Shown: positions 41,233-56,749 of the stretch, one piece after another
Layout: each line of letters begins with the position of its first letter
Numbering within the stretch: position 1 is the first letter of the stretch
Assembly: GCA_951406725.2 (NCBI GenBank)
Contig: OX597815.1
Coordinates: 86,862,001-86,926,000, forward strand
Length of the DNA: 64,000 nt
Direction of reading: 5' to 3'
Source of the DNA: Octopus vulgaris
Taxonomy: Eukaryota
Made by a program: the position numbers and the translations under genes
The notes under the pieces: generated by a model
Database searches by the model: none
Told to the model about the DNA's origin: nothing
What the model saw: the letters and a program-made list of their open reading frames with translations, nothing else

Positions 41233-42028
41233 TAAACATACTGTCTTCAGTAGGCTAATGATAAGTGAAAAATCTAATAGGTAGATGTCTGACAACACCG
41301 TCATTCAGTTTATAAAGTTTCAATAGATAAAAGAAATGTAATTACCTGATCTATGAACAGAATGAAAACCTCAGCGATGGTCAACATTTGCTTGGAATAC
41401 GTTCGTAGAGACACTTGTATTGATGAAAAGCAGCTTACCATGACAAACTTATCAATAAGCCATCAATATTCCGAAAGTGTGCCGCCTCCTTTAACTAATT
41501 AGTATGAATTGTATCAAGTACGATATGATTTTTATCTTTTTGTTTATTCTGTTTTAATGAACATTACCAGAATATGACATAAAGAGCAATTCAAAACCAA
41601 ATATTTCCTCAATATCAATTGGTCAGTTAATAAATGAAGTGAAGTCTATAACGCAAACAGCGACTTTATATTCTGTTTGAGTTATAGTAGAATGAAATAG
41701 ACTGATGTAGCAATTATCAATTATATCTGCCATATAAGCGAAACTTATTCACACCAGTCCAACGTCCACAACATTAAAAAGAAAATCAGTCTAAAAACAA
41801 CACTAACAACAAGAATACAGCAAACGGCAGAATGACATGGATAAACGAATCGATGCTGAAATGGATTAGGTTGGAACTATGGCCCAATACTCTTAATTCT
41901 TTAGAGCCCAATCGTGTCGTGATACCATTTTTAATAAAGCGACGCTATTTTTAGTACAAACTTAAAAGAAATGAGGTGGCGCGGAAATTGATTGAAAAGG
42001 CAAAAATAAACACTATCTGCATCAACAT

Positions 42029-42366
42029 GGTAAAAGGGTAAAGATCCCCTTCGGTCATGAATGACCATAGGATTTCACCTAGAAAGTTCCCCTCCGAGGT
42101 ACAAGTCTGAGCGAAGTTATTTTGGGGAGACCAGCAGTCGCCCAAGCCTACCAAACTTCCCTCCCCACATTACTGATGTTATCCAAGAGAAAAGCAATGG
42201 CCAAGACAGCTTGGCACAAATCACATCACAACTCATTTCTGTAGCTAAGCGAACTGAAAAAAAAAGTGTCTTGCTAAAGAAAACAACACAGCCTGGTCCG
42301 GGAATCGAAATCACTATAACGAGATTGTGAGTTCGACGCTCTAACCACTGAGCCATGCTCCTTCAC
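42029..42366 (-). mobile_element. tRNA-derived SINE (head H1 + tail T2)
   Basis: TGGCTCAGTGGTTAGAGCG A-box and TTCGATTCCC B-box. The tail ends GGTCATTCATGACCGAAGGGGATCTTTACCCTTTTAC. Confidence 0.8.
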
Positions 42367-44559
42367 CAGTAACAACAATTAGAATACATTTGTGGGTGGT
42401 TGGTGATTTGCTAGTCTCTGTACTAACAAATCTACATTAAGAAGACTTGACTTTATCGTTTCAAGGCAAATGATTTCCAAACCTGAGCAACGGTTGAGAA
42501 CGAAAATGAGATTTTTTTTTTTTTTGTCTCTAGGGTGATATTTTTTCTCTTGCATTTAGAAGTAGAAGATAAAATTTGTCGCAAATATGAGTTAACAAAA
42601 AGTCTGCTTATTTCACATCACTGCTTAACGCTACAATTACTATAGTAATTATTATTAAAACCACGTTGAGAAAATAAGTGATTGGGGTGGAGAGAGGGAG
42701 AATGAGAAATAAAGTCTTCTCTATTGAACTTCGTTTGTCTCTCACCTAATATCAAGCTGATTAATAGAGACATTTTTGTGACTATTGTATGTTTCTTTAA
42801 CTAATATCCCTAAAAATAAAACAAGCATTGTATGTAGTCAGGACAATAGTCCAATCACTGGCTATTGAAATAATTTAACTAAACTAATCATGTTCTTCCC
42901 ATCCAATACACTTGAGCGAAGCCTTTCTGATTGCGACACGATAATAAGAAACACTTAAAAATGAAAATTGCATATCCCACTGCTAAACTGAAGCATCACT
43001 TCTTGAAAAGAAGAAAAGCGATCGGATAAGGGTTGCCTAGAAACATCACCAACGATATTAAGATGCTGAAGTCATGGGTCATTCTAAATATTTTGAACAA
43101 GTTCTTGAGTTAAATATTACCAGAGCAAACTTGACTGACTTCTGAACATGTTCAGTAAAATATATCCACTAGCACCACCAACTCGATAACCTTCATTATC
43201 ATTAATTTTATATGTGTGGTGTGAACTGTGTGATGCTCAGACAGATGCCTGACATACTGGACAAAAATGCGTTTCCGAAATTTTTAATAAATTACATTAG
43301 AACCAAAAATGTTTGAGCCCAGTTTACTGTGATTCATCTAGAATAACATTATCAAATATACAACTTGATAATGAGCACACAATCAACACCAACACGACTT
43401 TCAACTAATGAAGGTGTTGATAGGTGTTCAATGCTGTCGTTGAACTGGCTAGAAAAGCAGATAAATCTCTCTCAAATCACACCCCATCGTGAGACACATT
43501 CATTGATTAATGCAGAACCTGACCAGGCTGCCTTGAACACAACTGTTCTGTTCAATAAGAGCTAACCCGAGATCGAGCAACAACACGACATGGTGCAAGT
43601 TTAATTATCCAATTGCCGTTCTTTAACTCTCAGGATTACATGTTTTTGCGAATACGTGTTCCTATGATTTAAATGTTAGATCTTGCTCTCTCTATTTTAT
43701 GAACAATAAATTATTGGAAAAATTCAAGCTGTCACGTTTGCTCGCGATATTTTTATATAAAACTCGATGTTGGTACGAAAAATATCGATTGCATTTCTCA
43801 TTATTTCAAATATTCTCGTCCAAATGTTAAAGTTACACAGCTTTTTAACCTTCTCGTCCAGTGAAATATTCCAATTTTTTTGGTTTATTGAAGTTGTATG
43901 TTTGGAAACATCGAGTGATATTTCAATGTTAGAACAGACATCGCCGAAATCCGCATCGTAAAAAATATTTGCAAGCGTAGAAACATCTATACATTACTTA
44001 CTGTATGTATTCTTATGCACAATTATACATATGTACCCTGATTGAATAAATTCTTACGTAAATATAGAAACATATTAAAATCGTAAATACAAATATACAT
44101 TGCTAAAATCATAAACTCAAGCACACAAACTTCGCTAACCTTATACAAACACGTCTATTTATTTTTATATATATAATTTTGTGAAACTTGTTATACAGAA
44201 TATGATTTCTAGATTGCTTAAAACAGATGTAGCTGTCACAAATTTTATTTAACAAATTAATCAATTTAATTAGAGATATGCAGTAAAATAATTGGGATAC
44301 AAAGATTTTTATTTTTTGTTTATTGTTCATATCAAGACTGTTGTTCGCTTTGGATGCTATTTCTCTCGGTTTTCTTTTATTCTAGTGCGTAATTTTGTAA
44401 AACTATACTACAATATTGTCTTTAATATTATTTTTTCCTATCCCAATTTAATTCTCGAGTTGACAAATTGGAAATATTCTATTTAATGATGTACTATGTC
44501 AAAACCATTATTAAATATTAAATTATTATTTAGCTTGAAATCTTCCGAGTTATAAATAT

Positions 44560-45420
44560 TTCAGTTCAGTCTTTCATTTTCCCATTGTCGATAAAATAAA
44601 TACATATCAAGTACTGAGGTTGATGTAATCTGCAAACCCTTACCCTTAAAATTGGTGGCCTTGTGTCAAAATTTAAAATAATCATTATTATTAAGGCGGC
44701 GAGCTGGCGAGATAATTAGCACGTTCTGTATGAAAAATTCCGCCATCGTCGACTTTACCTTTCATCCTTTCGGGGTCGATAAATTAACGTGGTTGATGGT
44801 ATCGACTATACCCGCTCTTCTCAAAATCGCTGGCCTTGTGTCAAAATCTCAAGCCATTATAAAGTCAGCGAGCGAGCAGAATAGTTATAGCGTCGGAAAA
44901 TGCCTTCGAAGATTTATTCCGATTCTTTACGATCTGGGTTCAAATCCTACCTAAAGTACCAGTCAGTTATTGGCTCAATTTAGTTCATTAGTGCCTCCTC
45001 CGAAAATTACTGGCCTTCAGCTAAAATATGACACAATTATTAGTATTCACTAGATTGGTAGAATTGTTAAAGCGTCGGGGGAAATGCTTTATGGTATTTC
45101 TTCCGGCTCTTTAGCTTCCAAGTTCAAATTTCAGATTTGTACAAACAGTCGTTATTATCATCATTATTATCATGAAGGCGGCTACCTGACAGAATCGTTA
45201 ACATGCCGGACAAAATGCATAGCAACATTCATTCCGTCTTTATCCTCTGAGTTCAAATTCAACCGAGGCTGACTTCGCCTTTCATTCTTTCGGAGTCGAT
45301 AAAATAAGTACGAATTGAACACTGAGGTCGATGTAATCAGATAGCCCCTCTCCTTTCGACACAATTTCAAGCCCCTCGTGCCTATAATAGAAAGGACTAT
45401 TATCATCATCATCATCATCA
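44560..45420 (+). mobile_element. Head-to-tail array of ~4 decayed SINEs
   Basis: Recurring CCTTTCATCCTTTCGGGGTCGATAAAATAAGTAC / GTCGATGTAATC / TGGCCTTGTG.CAAAAT modules separated by (ATT)n/(ATC)n tails. Confidence 0.75.
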
Positions 45421-46893
45421 CTACATTTTTCAAGTGAATGCGTTTTTAGATTTGTGCAGGCGTTATAAGCCAGTTGGCTATTATTTCTATTTTGTAATTA
45501 AAGTACCAAAGGAAACAAGACGTAAGTATCTCAGTAAATTCAAACTCTTCCCGTGGAAGCAAAAGGAGCCTTAACATTTAATATTTGTCGATGTTTTTGC
45601 AGTTGAATACCACATCAATCTTAATCGAGCAGGTCTTTGATCATAAGCATTCTGGCAATGACCATCTCGTCTTATCTAATGTGTCCTTCATATTTGTAAT
45701 ACAGTAAGATATGATTTGAGGAAAAGATAGCTGTCCTTTCTATTAGATCGCACAACTCTATAGAGATACTCTTGAATATCTTTTGGATATCTTACTAACT
45801 TTGGTAACTTATGGTAAAGGGCAATATGGCAGATTTTGCTATTTGCGTAAAGTAGTATGAATCGCAATGAAAACAAATAGTGCGAAAATTGGGAAGAGCA
45901 TGAAAGGAAATGATCCGAATGGTAACTAGTTGCAAAGCAATGATACTACAAAAATGGTAGCAATAATGTATAGAACATAGCATGAAAATAACCTCGGGAA
46001 AATGCATGAAAATTAACCATGAAATAAATCATTTATGAATGCAGAAGTAATTCGAGAAAGAAAGAATCGTATGCCAACTTCCTCGGGATAAATCCATGGC
46101 TATAAATTATATAAATTAACAGCAAAACTGGCATATCTCTTCGAAACATGAAAGATGAGATGCTTAAAAATTGAAAATTGAAAATCCTATTTTCGTTTAT
46201 ATATTTTTGCTAAAAATGCGGCGAATCAAACCAATATAGTGAAATAGTATGCGCTTTCGGCATTACTTATGTGTTTCAGTATTGCATGTGCCACACAAAA
46301 CCAACTATGTACGTAATAACGTACGACAATGTGTACATTTTCGTCAGTCGACTTTTCTTCGTAGGATTTTCGGGAAATGCTGACCGGTAATGCGACAATT
46401 TTCTATCCTTAAATATCCTTACATAATTCATAGACAAAGTGGGGTTAACAAAATATTTAAACAATACAGATTAGCAAAAAAAGAAAATACTAAAATTTCT
46501 TTAATCTTTGATAAAAGACTAAGTGAATCATTTGTAATGCATCTTGAGTGTAAATTGTTTGAATAGAGAAATCATCAAACTTTAAGTAAAATTACATCTA
46601 CCATCAACCACTGGATAAAGTTTTGAGTTGGTGAATCAGCGTAAAATATGTTGTGCTTTTGTTTTTGTTTTACGATTCTTAATATAAAGCTAGCGTAAAT
46701 TTCAATATAAGATTTATTAACAGAGAGATCGTTTATACAATGCATATGATAATTTTGTACCAGAAACGCTTGGAAATCCAAAGAAGGTCTTTTACTGCAT
46801 TCAGAATGATTACACTAGATCCTAGGAGCATATTACAATAGAAATAGTAACCTACATATTTTGGTTGCTTAACATTCAACTGATGTGTGTGTG

Positions 46894-46946
<53 letters not shown>

Positions 46947-47439
46947 GTGTGTGTGTATACTAATAAACTTCCTTTGAGTTGAAAGGCATTTTACTAACAA
47001 TTATTACAATGGTATTGGCATACTATGTAGCGAAGACATGTGAAAAAGGGACGTGAGTTGTTGAAGCGTTTCTGATATTTTCATATATACATTAAATGTT
47101 ATTTTACACCCAACAAACTGTTTATATATTTTGATATTCCAGTATATTCATATCGAGAATTTGGTTTTCTCTATTTAAGAGAGTTAGGTCACTACGATAT
47201 TTTTGGCATGGTAAACTTTTTATCTTTAACTAATTCAATAATTTATTTATTGATACGTATACAATAACATTTCACAGATGCAAAAGAAATTATCGTTGTC
47301 GAGACTGGGGAGTGTCGACTTTTAAAGAGCTTTTTGTTTACGATTCTTATTTGAATTTTTATTTCAAATTTTCAAAATTCAAATTACAAGATGAACAAAG
47401 ATAATCTAAACATGAAATTCTTACTTAATGCTCATTCAA

Positions 47440-48210
47440 ATCGTTAGCACACCGTGCGAACTGCTTAGCATCATTTCGTCCTCTCTACGTTCTGAGTTCA
47501 AATTCCGCCGAGGTCGACTATGTCTTTTATCCTTTCGGTGTCGATGAAAAATAAGTACCAGTTAAACAATGGGGTTGATGTAATCGACTTACCCCTTCTC
47601 TCGAACTTGCTGGCTTTGTACCAAAATTTGGAATCATGCCTGAACATGCCTGATACTTGTTTAATTGGTCTCCAAAGCATGAAATTCTAAATCAATTCCA
47701 GCATGGCTTAAACGGATATTTAATAGATCTCACCACAGTTTTGTTGCAATTCTACTAACATTTACTATTTCTATATTAAGGATAAGTAGTGACAAAACTC
47801 TCAGGCGTTTCACTAAATGCCTTGTACTATTTATTTGTATACGTTTTCGTTCGGAGTTCAAATTTTAACAGTATTGATAAAATAAGTACTAGTTATGTGC
47901 TAAATCGATTTAATCGATCAAACAAACTCATTTTCAAACAAATCTTCGTTCTTGTACTAACGTGATAAATCAATATCAGATACATTTTAAAGACGATAGA
48001 TTTTCAAAAATAACAAGCAGCCGAACTCAATAGCTTTTAGATATCATTTATTTTCGCACTCCGGCGTTTGAATCCAAATCCTATTGGGACCAACTTTGCT
48101 CTTCGAACTCCTCTGAATCAAGAAAATGAGTACCGGACGTGCGCTGGAGTCAAATCGACAATAAATTCCCCTCAGAAATTCTTGGTCTTTTGCCAATGGG
48201 AGAAATCAAT
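47440..48210 (+). mobile_element. Cluster of ~3 SINEs of the same family as 44560-45420
   Basis: TCTGAGTTCAAATTCCGCCGAGGTCGACT..TCCTTTCGGTGTCGAT.AAAATAAGTACCAG plus more decayed repeats of it. Confidence 0.7.
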
Positions 48211-49377
48211 ATTATATTTACCGTCTTTTTATTCTCTCAATTACTGATCTTACTTCCTTTCTTTCTTGTTACTGACTTTCCGTTGTTATAAATATTGTTG
48301 TTCTTGTTCATGTTTGTTTTCCTACCTATTCTTGTTTTCATTTGGTTTACTTTATTTGATTTGATTTCTATTTCACTTTCTTTATCTATCATTTTTTTTT
48401 ATTACTACTTATAATTTCATGTATTTAGCTCCGTAGGAAACTGAATAAATCGATTCGATTCATCGGTTTGAAACTCGTTAGCGGATTGAGCACAAACCGT
48501 TTAGTTAGAAGACCAAACAATAAACAAACCGGATGTAACACCTACTGTGATAAAATGGTAGAATTGGATGTGAAGTAATTTATCCAGCTGTGACGAAACA
48601 CGTACACAGCATCGAAATATTTCTCTTCTTTAAACGTTAGTATTCGATCAATGAAATAGCCTTTTAGCGAACAACGATATAGATCTTTCTTGAAATGGCC
48701 TTCCAACACATATATATTCCCACCTACACACTCAGATAGACATAGCCACACATATACATTTATACTCGCGCACACATATACATTTATGACTTCGTTAGTA
48801 TCTTCTTTTGATTCATTATAAATAGTAATAACATAAAAATGGCGAGCTGTCGGAGTCGTTATAGTGTCGGATAGATATACCTTGCCGTGTTTGTTCCAAC
48901 TCTTTGTGCTCGGTGTTGAAATCCACCAAGGTCTTCTTTATTTTTCACCACTTTGGACCAGACAAAATAAGTACCGCTCAGATATTGCGGTTGTTTCTTC
49001 TCTCTTTCTCAGAACCGGCTCCGTTACAAGGGACCAAGAAACGAGCATTCAATTGGCGGCATCCCTACAATCACTTCTCTACCACTGTGCTCCAGTTAAC
49101 AGAGTAATATACTTTTGTAGTAATCCCCATTTCTGCTCCTCTGACTACTATTATCGTAATTGTGTTTCTTATGTCTTTCTTTTTACTCTTGCCTTTGTCG
49201 TTATCGTACTTGATGTTATTTCTGTTATTCTATTTGTTGATCCTTTTGCTATGGTTATTCATGCTGAAGACGGTATTGCTTCTATTGACTGTATTGTCTT
49301 TGTTCTTAATTTAATTCCCTTTTCTTTTTATCATTGTTCCTCTTGCCGTTATAATCATCATGACCATCATCAACATC

Positions 49378-49410
<33 letters not shown>

Positions 49411-49414
49411 GGTG

Positions 49415-49486
<72 letters not shown>

Positions 49487-52400
49487 TGGTGGTGGTGGTG
49501 GTGGCGATGACAGTCTGTGGCGGTAGTGACAGAATCAGTATAAGTAGCAGCTATAATAATAGCATCGCCTGCTACCGCTGCTGATACTCTCACTATAGCA
49601 ACCGAGGCTAAAATACGGAAGCTACTTTAATCCATATTCCTCCGACTGTTTACTTCTGCGGCTGGGTATTTAACCCGAAATATAAGGAATTGATTCTGCT
49701 TGGGTGCAAGAAGCTTTCCGTTGACTTCTCTTTACAGTTTTGGAGCTGTCCTTATTTGGCAAATGCCTTCATATGATATTATCTATCGAAACTGAGGCAA
49801 TTGCATGGAGAAAGATTGCATTTTAGGCATTTAAAACACAGAAAAATTATTCTATTTCCTTTGCACCATTACGACCAAGTTACTGACACAATCCTATGCA
49901 TTATAGTATCAGCTTATTGAAATTGCTGAAACATAGACACACCTTTCAGTTTTTTATCCTAACATACATGGTGTGAGTTCAAAGATAAATTTTTGCCTCT
50001 CATCTCTCATTTTGGGATGCAACTAGAAAATATTGCAGAACAGAAAATATATAGAGCGATGTACTAAATGCTTTACAGCACAGTCGACAATTCTCTGTCC
50101 AAATTATTTGGGACGGTAAGAATCCTAATTTTCGAAATGATTTTATTTTTGTATCTTAGAACCCAAGTCGAAACAAGATATCTGCTTTTCCAAAGAAAGT
50201 TTCTATATATATCGTATAGGTAATTTTATATATATCCGTCTCTAGTCTAGTTTCACTCGTGTATTGGTTTTCCTTCGCTTTTCAACATATCAAATCAGAC
50301 TTTTACTTCGAACTGCCAACTACATAAAACAGCTGCACGTCACTTTCGTTACTTTCACTTTTATTTTATACTCATCTAGAACACTCCTTTAAAAACAATT
50401 AAAGTTCCCCTAACGCATTCAGAAATTTTTCAATTCTACTACTCTTACTCAAACAAGTTTCGTATTTTGAAAGTTTTTGAAACTTCAGAATTTCGAATAA
50501 AATATTGTCAAGCTTCCAACGCCATCATTCATTCTGATATCAAATGCAGCTGCTGTCCACCTTTTTAACATGCACCTAGGTCGTTTCAATAACATTATGT
50601 AACGATTTCTTAAAACAGGAAATACATTCTCGTTTACAAAAGAAAAGCGTGACAAAGAACACATATGTAGAAATACGTTTAGCATGAGTCACGAAAAGAA
50701 GAAAGAATTCTAGCAAGTTAACTACATGCTTCCAAATGCTATATAATAATACAATATAGCAATTTACTGATATCGATGCATTTAATTATACTTCCTCTTA
50801 AAATAATATATAACCGAAACAATAATGTCGTTGCTTAGCCAAAATTCAGATCTAATTGAGAGATCTGTGATTAAAGGGATTTATCCATAATTATACCCCA
50901 CCTCTTATGTATGTGTGTATGTATGTGTATGTGTATGTGTGTGTATGTGCGTGCGTGTATGTGTATACCAGAAATTTCATTGTTTATTGTCCTTTGAGAC
51001 GGTTACGGGTCTACTTTATCTACTTTGAGGAAGATTGCTTGATATTTTTAGCTGCTTGGGTGATTGCTGCGTAAAGACTGTCTCTTTGCCTCGAAAGCAA
51101 TCATTGATTTCACATTTGTGAATAAATCGTAGCAGATTCATTGGTACAGGTGATAAAACTACTTGAAGCCATCTATCAAGTGTTTCACGTTTCGGAAATC
51201 TAGTTTTGACGTCATTTAGTTTTGGCTCTACATATGCCTGATACTATATGTTAACTGTTTCTAGTAGTGCGGAATTTAAATAAATAACATATATTATCTC
51301 TTACAAAAGTAAAAATTTTCCTATTGAACCAAAAAACGTAAGATGGATCATCTTATGTATTCACCATTCTGTTATCCTTCATATTAATAACGCCATTAAT
51401 ATCTAGATAAGATACAACTCAACAGCTGGATGTTTTAACTATGATGTTGGATGAAATTCACTCTCTATAAAAGCACGTGAAATAAGTGGCTTCTATCTTT
51501 TTAGTAACAATGACGTAAATTTTAATTTAATATATCATCTTATCAAAGGTCTCTTATAAAAGTTTTCCATACTAAATTGTTTGTATATCCTGGATTTAAT
51601 ACTATTCGAAAATAACATATTCACACACGCACACAGCTCCACCGTATCATATATACACCCGCATACATAATGCATACAAACATACATACATACAAAGAGA
51701 TGTATGTGTTTGTTCTTCAATGATAGCAATAAAGAAAGGGATATAAATATAGATGTATATAAATATGCATATTGCGTGTGTATACATGCATACGTAATAT
51801 TGATATGTATGTAAATATATGTGTCTATATTTGTGTATAAGTGCGTCTATATATATACTTAAATTGAATGTGTTCATATGAAACGCTATAGACAGCACGC
51901 ACATAGAAGTAAACATGTGTTTATATATACGTGTGCGTATAAATATGCATAGTTACATATATGTGTGTGTGTGCGTGTGTGTGTTTGTGTGTGTGAAACA
52001 TATTTATGTACACACATACACACATAGAGGCATAATCATATGAACATATGTATATATTTACAAATATATATATATATATAAACATACATACATACATACA
52101 TACATACATACATACATACATACATACATACATACATACATAAATACATGTGCGTGTGTGTGCATCTAAAACATTGTTTGCGTTTGTATCTAAAACATTA
52201 ATGTTTTCTTCTGATTCCAACTCAGAGATATATTTCAATAAACTAAGAATTTATTATACATGTCAATAAGTATATTTCCCCCTTTAATTTAAGTATTCAG
52301 ATTCATGATATAGCCAGCTGATTTGTTTTATTTGCCTTGTTGCGTCTTTTAATTAGGTAAACTATTCTTGACCAAAAGTATACGTAACTCTTTACTCGTA

Positions 52401-53933
52401 AAAATCTATTAACTTATCGACTATTTGCTTAAAATGTCATATGAAGATGAGGTCATATAGACCGAAACTTATGTCCTTAATGCTCTCTTGGCCTACAAAG
52501 ACTAAACTGTCCTTTCCCAAAGCATGTAAATTAATAGGTGGAAAATACTCATAATTTAGTTAATTCAAGAACGACTAAAATTTCTATCAGAATTCTTATC
52601 TTCTTAATAAATTAAGAATTTATTATGTACAGTATTCAGTTCATCATTTAATTTGTGTGTGTGTGTGTCTGTGTGTCGAATATATGTGGCTGTATATACA
52701 CATGTTTATATGTGCGTCGGTAAAATACAGGAAATATGTATGGTATTTTATGCATTAGAAAACATACACGCGTTTCGGTAAACTTGAAATATTATGCAAT
52801 CTTCTTAAATTACCTTTTCAGTCAGTGTTTAGCAAAAAACAAAATATAAATATACAGAACGTATGTAAGTATAACTCTATCCAGTTTGTGAGTGTGTGTG
52901 TGTGTTTAACTCTATCTAGTATGTATTATATATGCATACCCCCCATATATGTACATATATACATACAAATAGAGAAAGTTCTGTTAAGTCTACATGTATG
53001 TGGATGTAGTTATCGTATCTCGTGTACTTGCACACTCGCATTTATATACATGTTTATATCATTGTTCTTTTCAATAGCGACAATATCCAAGCCAACTGTT
53101 TTTCCCAATAAAAGAAAAATTAAGAAATGAAATTTAATATTGATTTTGTTTCTTAAACAATACCATATTACTTTCGCAGACTTTAAAAATCTTTTTTTTT
53201 TTTTTGTCCCCTCGTATACTTTTCTCTCTTCTTCAAACTGATAATGAAATAAGTAACCTGATATATGTTGGACAAGTTTCCTTCCTGTCAAATATTTCAC
53301 ATCGACTCGCTAACTTTCTTATTTTCTCGTTCTTTATTTCTACGTATTTTTCTAAATTCTCTCATTGTTATGTTTTGTCTTTTATTCATTCAATATAAGA
53401 GCGGAATTGTGATGCATTCTTCATATTTCTACATTGACACTGTTCAGTGAAGATATAATCCTCGCGTGCTTCATAATAATGCAGTGATGTAAGAATTATT
53501 GAAACGGAATGAACGTATTGAGATATCGTTGAGGTTGTTTTTCAATTATTCGTTCTCATATGTTTTGCTCTGTGCAGCATTGTTATATCTTAGATCACAA
53601 TCGATACGACACTGTGCACATCCATGTATCCATATATTTATATTTAACAGTTTATTGCAGTGAAGTTTATTGAGATCTAATTGGTTGTTTGTATGCATAC
53701 ACAACACTTGTTAATGTTGTGTGCGAGTATGTATGTATGTATGTAAGTATGTATGTATGTATGTATGTATGTATGTATGTATGTATGTATGTATGTATGT
53801 ATGTATGTATGTATGTATGTATGTATGTATGTATGTATGTACGAATGTATGTATAGATAGATAGATTTACATTCATACACACACATATGTATACAGATGC
53901 ATATATATATATACATATATATATGAATGTATG

Positions 53934-53964
<31 letters not shown>

Positions 53965-53966
53965 AT

Positions 53967-53998
<32 letters not shown>

Positions 53999-54050
53999 GT
54001 AGATAGATAGATATATAGATAGATAAATAGATAGATAGATACACACACAT

Positions 54051-54099
<49 letters not shown>

Positions 54100-54112
54100 C
54101 ATTCACACAAAC

Positions 54113-54154
<42 letters not shown>

Positions 54155-54855
54155 GCAAATACACAAGATGTTATATTATGTATTTTACATACACGTACAC
54201 ATACAGAGATCCATATGTGTGTGCGCGCATGTGTGTGTGTGTATGTGTGTGTGTAGGTAGATAGATAGCTAGATAGGTAGGTAGGTAGGTAGGTAGGTAG
54301 GTAGGTATGATGGAAGTCGATGCAGTATTTCGACCATTACTTGTTAATGAGCTGCAAATGACTTTTCAACCGCACTGATTATCTGCATAGAGAGCTATCG
54401 CTTAAATGTCTCGCTTTTCACTTAAATTCAGTTTAGCGTACAGATATACAAACATACACGTATATACACACTCATACATATATGCCAACACGACTGAGAA
54501 CTAGGGCCATTTTTACTGGCCCATGAAACTTTAAGTTGCATGGAGCTGAATCAAAAGTGTCATTAAATAATGTATGTACATACATACATACATAGGTAGA
54601 CCGACAGATAGATACATACATATATACAGATAGGCAGACAGACAGACAGATGCATACAGACAGGCAGGTAGATAGGTACAAATAGATACATACAGACCGG
54701 TAGATACAGGCAAAGAGACAGGTACATAGATACATACATACACACACACATACATACATACATACATACATACATACATACATACATACATACAGGTTGA
54801 TTGATAGATGCATACATACACACATACATGCACAGACAGACAGTGACAAACAGAT

Positions 54856-54915
<60 letters not shown>

Positions 54916-54939
54916 CAGACAGCAGACAGACAGACAGAC

Positions 54940-55022
<83 letters not shown>

Positions 55023-55795
55023 GTACCATTATAGCGTAGGTTGTGAATAAATGTGTGTATGGTATCATTTCCATAAGTTTAACAAGCATTAATTTTGTCT
55101 CTGTCTGAAAATAGATCCCCAAAAGGAATTAAGCCATGGAGCTTTACGTATTTATTCATAAACCACGCTGTATTGGCATTCTCCTTTATATAACAGAACC
55201 CGATAATACTGTTCAATTATATAACGCGTTAAGTCTTGCATAATCTTGTTTCAATCTTAAGTAATTTTCACTATTTACTTTCACCAGTTTCGAAGGCCGA
55301 AATGCTCGATCGCTGTTGAACCTTTAATAAAAGTACACGGTCCAATTCACATTCCAAGCAAAAAAAAACCGGTGCTTAAGGAATGGTATCATAATTTTTC
55401 GGCGTGATTAAATATTAAATATGCGTTTATTAAACCTCAAACAGTAATATTGCAAAATTATTTTACTAAGCAAATATTGTAAATTAAGTCGCTCGTCTCT
55501 CAAACGTCGGTGGGAGTATGGACTATCATGTGCATGCGTGTATGTAGATATATATGTATATATGTATAAACACACACACACACAAAGAGGGATAGAGGAA
55601 GAAAGGAAGAGAGAGAAAGGGGAAGAGGGTGAGAGAGAGTAATGTTCGTTTTCATGAATAGTGATATATAAACAAGAGTAAGGTATATAAATATTGGCAG
55701 TGACATCGAAGCCGCTGAGAATCTATTTGTAAATATATATGTATGGTGTGCAAGTGCGTGCGCGCATGCATGTGAGTGAGTATGGTGTAATTGCG

Positions 55796-55897
55796 GAAGA
55801 AGAAGAAGAAGAAGAAGAAGAAGAAGAAGAAGAAGAAGAAGAAGAAGAAGAAGAAGAAGAAGAAGAAGAAGAAGAAGAAGAAGAAGAAGAAGAAGAA
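55796..55897. repeat. (GAA)n microsatellite
   Basis: Read directly, about 33 units. Confidence 0.97.
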
Positions 55898-56749
55898 AAG
55901 GTAAAAAGTAAGGTGGTGGTGAGAATGAGGAGGAGGAGATGATGAAAAGGGTGATGGGAAGATGATTATGATCAACATGATGATCTTTATGTTCAGCTTC
56001 AGTATTATCGTCGTTAAAAACAATAAAGCCTACATCAACAAGAACAACAGCATCTGTTAAGTTTGTAAACATTCAATATCTGTCTTTGCATTCCATTACA
56101 GAATAAAACTAATTGATCAAAACGTTTACTTGATGACATCGTTAGTAAAACTATCAATTATCTCAGAGAAGTCAGCTTACACAGCGGGAAAGCAATGGTG
56201 ATTATTTTAGTTGCGTATCAATATGATGTAGAACATTATTACAGCAAACACGGCATATCCACAGCTTGCTTTCAGGAAGACATAACGCAAAGAGAAAAGA
56301 AAATTTCGTTTATACATAGCTTTTCTAGAGAGTCTTATTATATTAGGTATACAATTTGTATTGAATTTTGTCAAGCTTCGCCTGCCGACTATCCAGTTAT
56401 CGTTATAACTTATATAATGACATTCGTAGCGATTCCAGAGTGAATGCAGATATTATGTTTAATTAAGGAAAATAGACTAGAAGATATGCTGGAACATCAC
56501 TGAAAATATTTTATTCCGCTAACTATTGAAACACGAATGATTTACAGTGCAAGACTGAGAATAAAGGCTGCTATAAATGAAATTTTCCAATACCCACTGA
56601 GCTTTTGACCCAGACGTACATGCAAACACATATTCAAACTACATGTGTGTGTGCGTGGAATAAATTTGTACATACAAGTATATATAGATAGATTTATGTA
56701 CATCTACATACGTGCAGATATCATAATGTGCATTATAACCGTATAATCA

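Noticed and set aside
50485-50685. MLKRWT motif reminiscent of MULE/FAR1 transposases
   Set aside because: A single short motif with no SWIM cysteines or other support.
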